Shown here: positions 62,670 to 64,000 of the stretch, in pieces | How positions within the stretch are numbered: position 1 is the stretch's first letter | Layout of the letters: each line of letters starts with the position of its first letter | Assembly (NCBI GenBank): GCA_963799775.1 | Contig: CAWCYD010000003.1 | Location: 1,312,001 to 1,376,000 of the forward strand | Reading direction: 5' to 3' | DNA length: 64,000 bases | Source: an uncultured archaeon | GTDB lineage: Archaea; Thermoproteota; Nitrososphaeria; Nitrososphaerales; Gagatemarchaeaceae | Translations under genes and position numbers: made by a program | Notes under the pieces: generated by a model | Databases searched by the model: none | What the model was told of the DNA's origin: nothing | Seen by the model: the letters and a program-made list of their open reading frames with translations, nothing else

Positions 62670-64000
62670 TCAAGGGTGCACTTCCTTGCCTGTCGTCCCG
62701 TCCAGCCAGACTATCCTCTTCTTCCTCTTCCTAAGAAGCTCGACCCTGTAGAGAGGGTAGACGAAGCGCTTGAAGCTTTGGACGTCAGCGTAGGGTATCA
62801 GGCCCTTCAGCACCTCACGGACGCCCGCCTCCTCGAGCTTGTACTCCTCGGTCTTCCCCTTGGAACCATCCACCGTCTCCAAAGGACGCTCCGATTCGTG
62901 CCACGGTGGGTCGGGGAAGCTGAAGACCCGGCGGAAGACCTTGGACTTGCCCATTTGGATCGACCTGACGAGCCTCCTCTCCTCGAGTGACCCGCATGGG
63001 GCGTCTGAGCATCTCCTTGGAGATGCCCACCTTGTTCGCGACCTCCAAGATGCTCATGTCCCTGTCCGCCTTGACTTCGCGGAGCACCTCGATCTGCTCG
63101 GAGGTGAGCCCCATCAGCCGCTGGAATCCCTCGAACATCACAGGACCGTCTCCGAGCTCTACGAACTTCCCTGTCCGGCCGTCGAGGATGAGGTATCTCA
63201 TCTCGATCCTTCTCTTTATCCTTCCCGTCCTTAGGGCGACCCCGACCTCCACGAGGGGATGGAAGACGAGCTGCGCGTTCGCTACGACCTCCTCCCTCCC
63301 GAAGAAGACGAAGCTCTTCTCCCGTTTCACGATGGTCGGGATGTCCTCCACGTGGAAGCTCGGGTTGACACCCGGGACATCACCTCCCCGCGCCTTCATA
63401 GACCCCTGTGAGTGCGTGGCAGCTGCCGCGGACTTGGAACTGAACGGCCTGACGACGCGCGTCCCCAATTTCGGCGTCGAGCCGCCGTGGCGCGTGTCCT
63501 TCTTTCTTATCATGATTGACCTTGCGTTGGCGGAGAGGCCGCCCATGGCGAAGAACCTTCCGGGCTCGAGCGTGGTCAGGTGCTTCGGGAGCTCGTGTCC
63601 GGGAAAGAACTGGGCCACGGCCTGAAGGTCGTTCTTGATGACGAGCTTGCCGATCAGCTGGTTGCCGCATTGGCTCAGGATGTTCTTGTCGACGAGCGAG
63701 GGGCGCTGGGTGCAGACCATCAGCCCCATCCCGCGTTTCCTGCCCCTCCTGGCGACCTCGCCGAAGATGGGGGCCCTCTCCCCGTTCTGGGGGATGAGCC
63801 TGTCGGCCTCCTCGACTATCACGAGGTAGGGAGTCCTCCGCCTCTCGACCTCCTCGTAGATCGCGGAGAGAAGACCGCCAACGGCCTGCTTCGGGTTTTC
63901 AGTCTCAGAGACGTCGAGTATCAGCGGCGCGATGTCCGGCGCCTGGCTCGCAAGCTCGGCGGCGTCGAGTGTCGACCACCTGAGGTCCGAGCCCTCGTCG
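62670..64000 (-). CDS. HerA/DUF87-like ATPase with C-terminal HTH (5' end outside window; frameshift near 62990)
   Basis: LVIVEEADRLIPQ, RRGRKRGMG...TQRPS, ILSQC; MSILEVANKVGISKE. Confidence 0.82.

Noticed and set aside
725-63000. Pervasive frameshifts as pseudogenisation or programmed frameshifting
   Set aside because: They hit unrelated and likely essential genes (cdc48, HMGR, menD) while motifs stay intact; uncorrected long-read indels are the simpler explanation.
62670-64000. HerA ATPase as an anti-phage system
   Set aside because: Partner genes lie outside the window; no nuclease or Sir2 neighbour is visible.

Overview
High-GC archaeal chromosome segment. Archaeal PEP carboxylase, Cdc48, PAC2, archaeal Hsp20 and tRNAs with BHB-type non-canonical introns suggest a TACK lineage, possibly a non-ammonia-oxidising Nitrososphaerota; this is inference. 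Roughly 25 genes are split by single-base frameshifts, most likely uncorrected long-read errors. Core content: agmatine deiminase pathway, ppcA, a classical menaquinone cluster (menFDHBEA plus divergent menC), two ABC exporters, cdc48, a stand-alone LigD phosphoesterase, a copper module (copA, Lrp-TRASH regulator, YHS chaperone, shared palindromic operator), chaperones, purD-like ligase, class II HMG-CoA reductase, fhs. Two accessory regions stand out. (1) A 7-kb tyrosine-integrase element in the 3' end of tRNA-Ile(GAT), 30047-37021, with an 18-bp att repeat, inverted att arms, a membrane HerA/FtsK-like ATPase, a J-domain protein, a strongly folded origin-like segment and low-GC surface cargo. 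(2) An integrase-free array at tRNA-Val(GAC), 43541-50974, with three extra copies of the tRNA 3' end and a recurrent 14-bp motif just downstream of three cargo units encoding membrane-anchored beta-propeller or Cys-containing surface proteins. The second region looks like a serially accreted, integron-like surface-protein cassette array and is the best candidate for an undescribed system.
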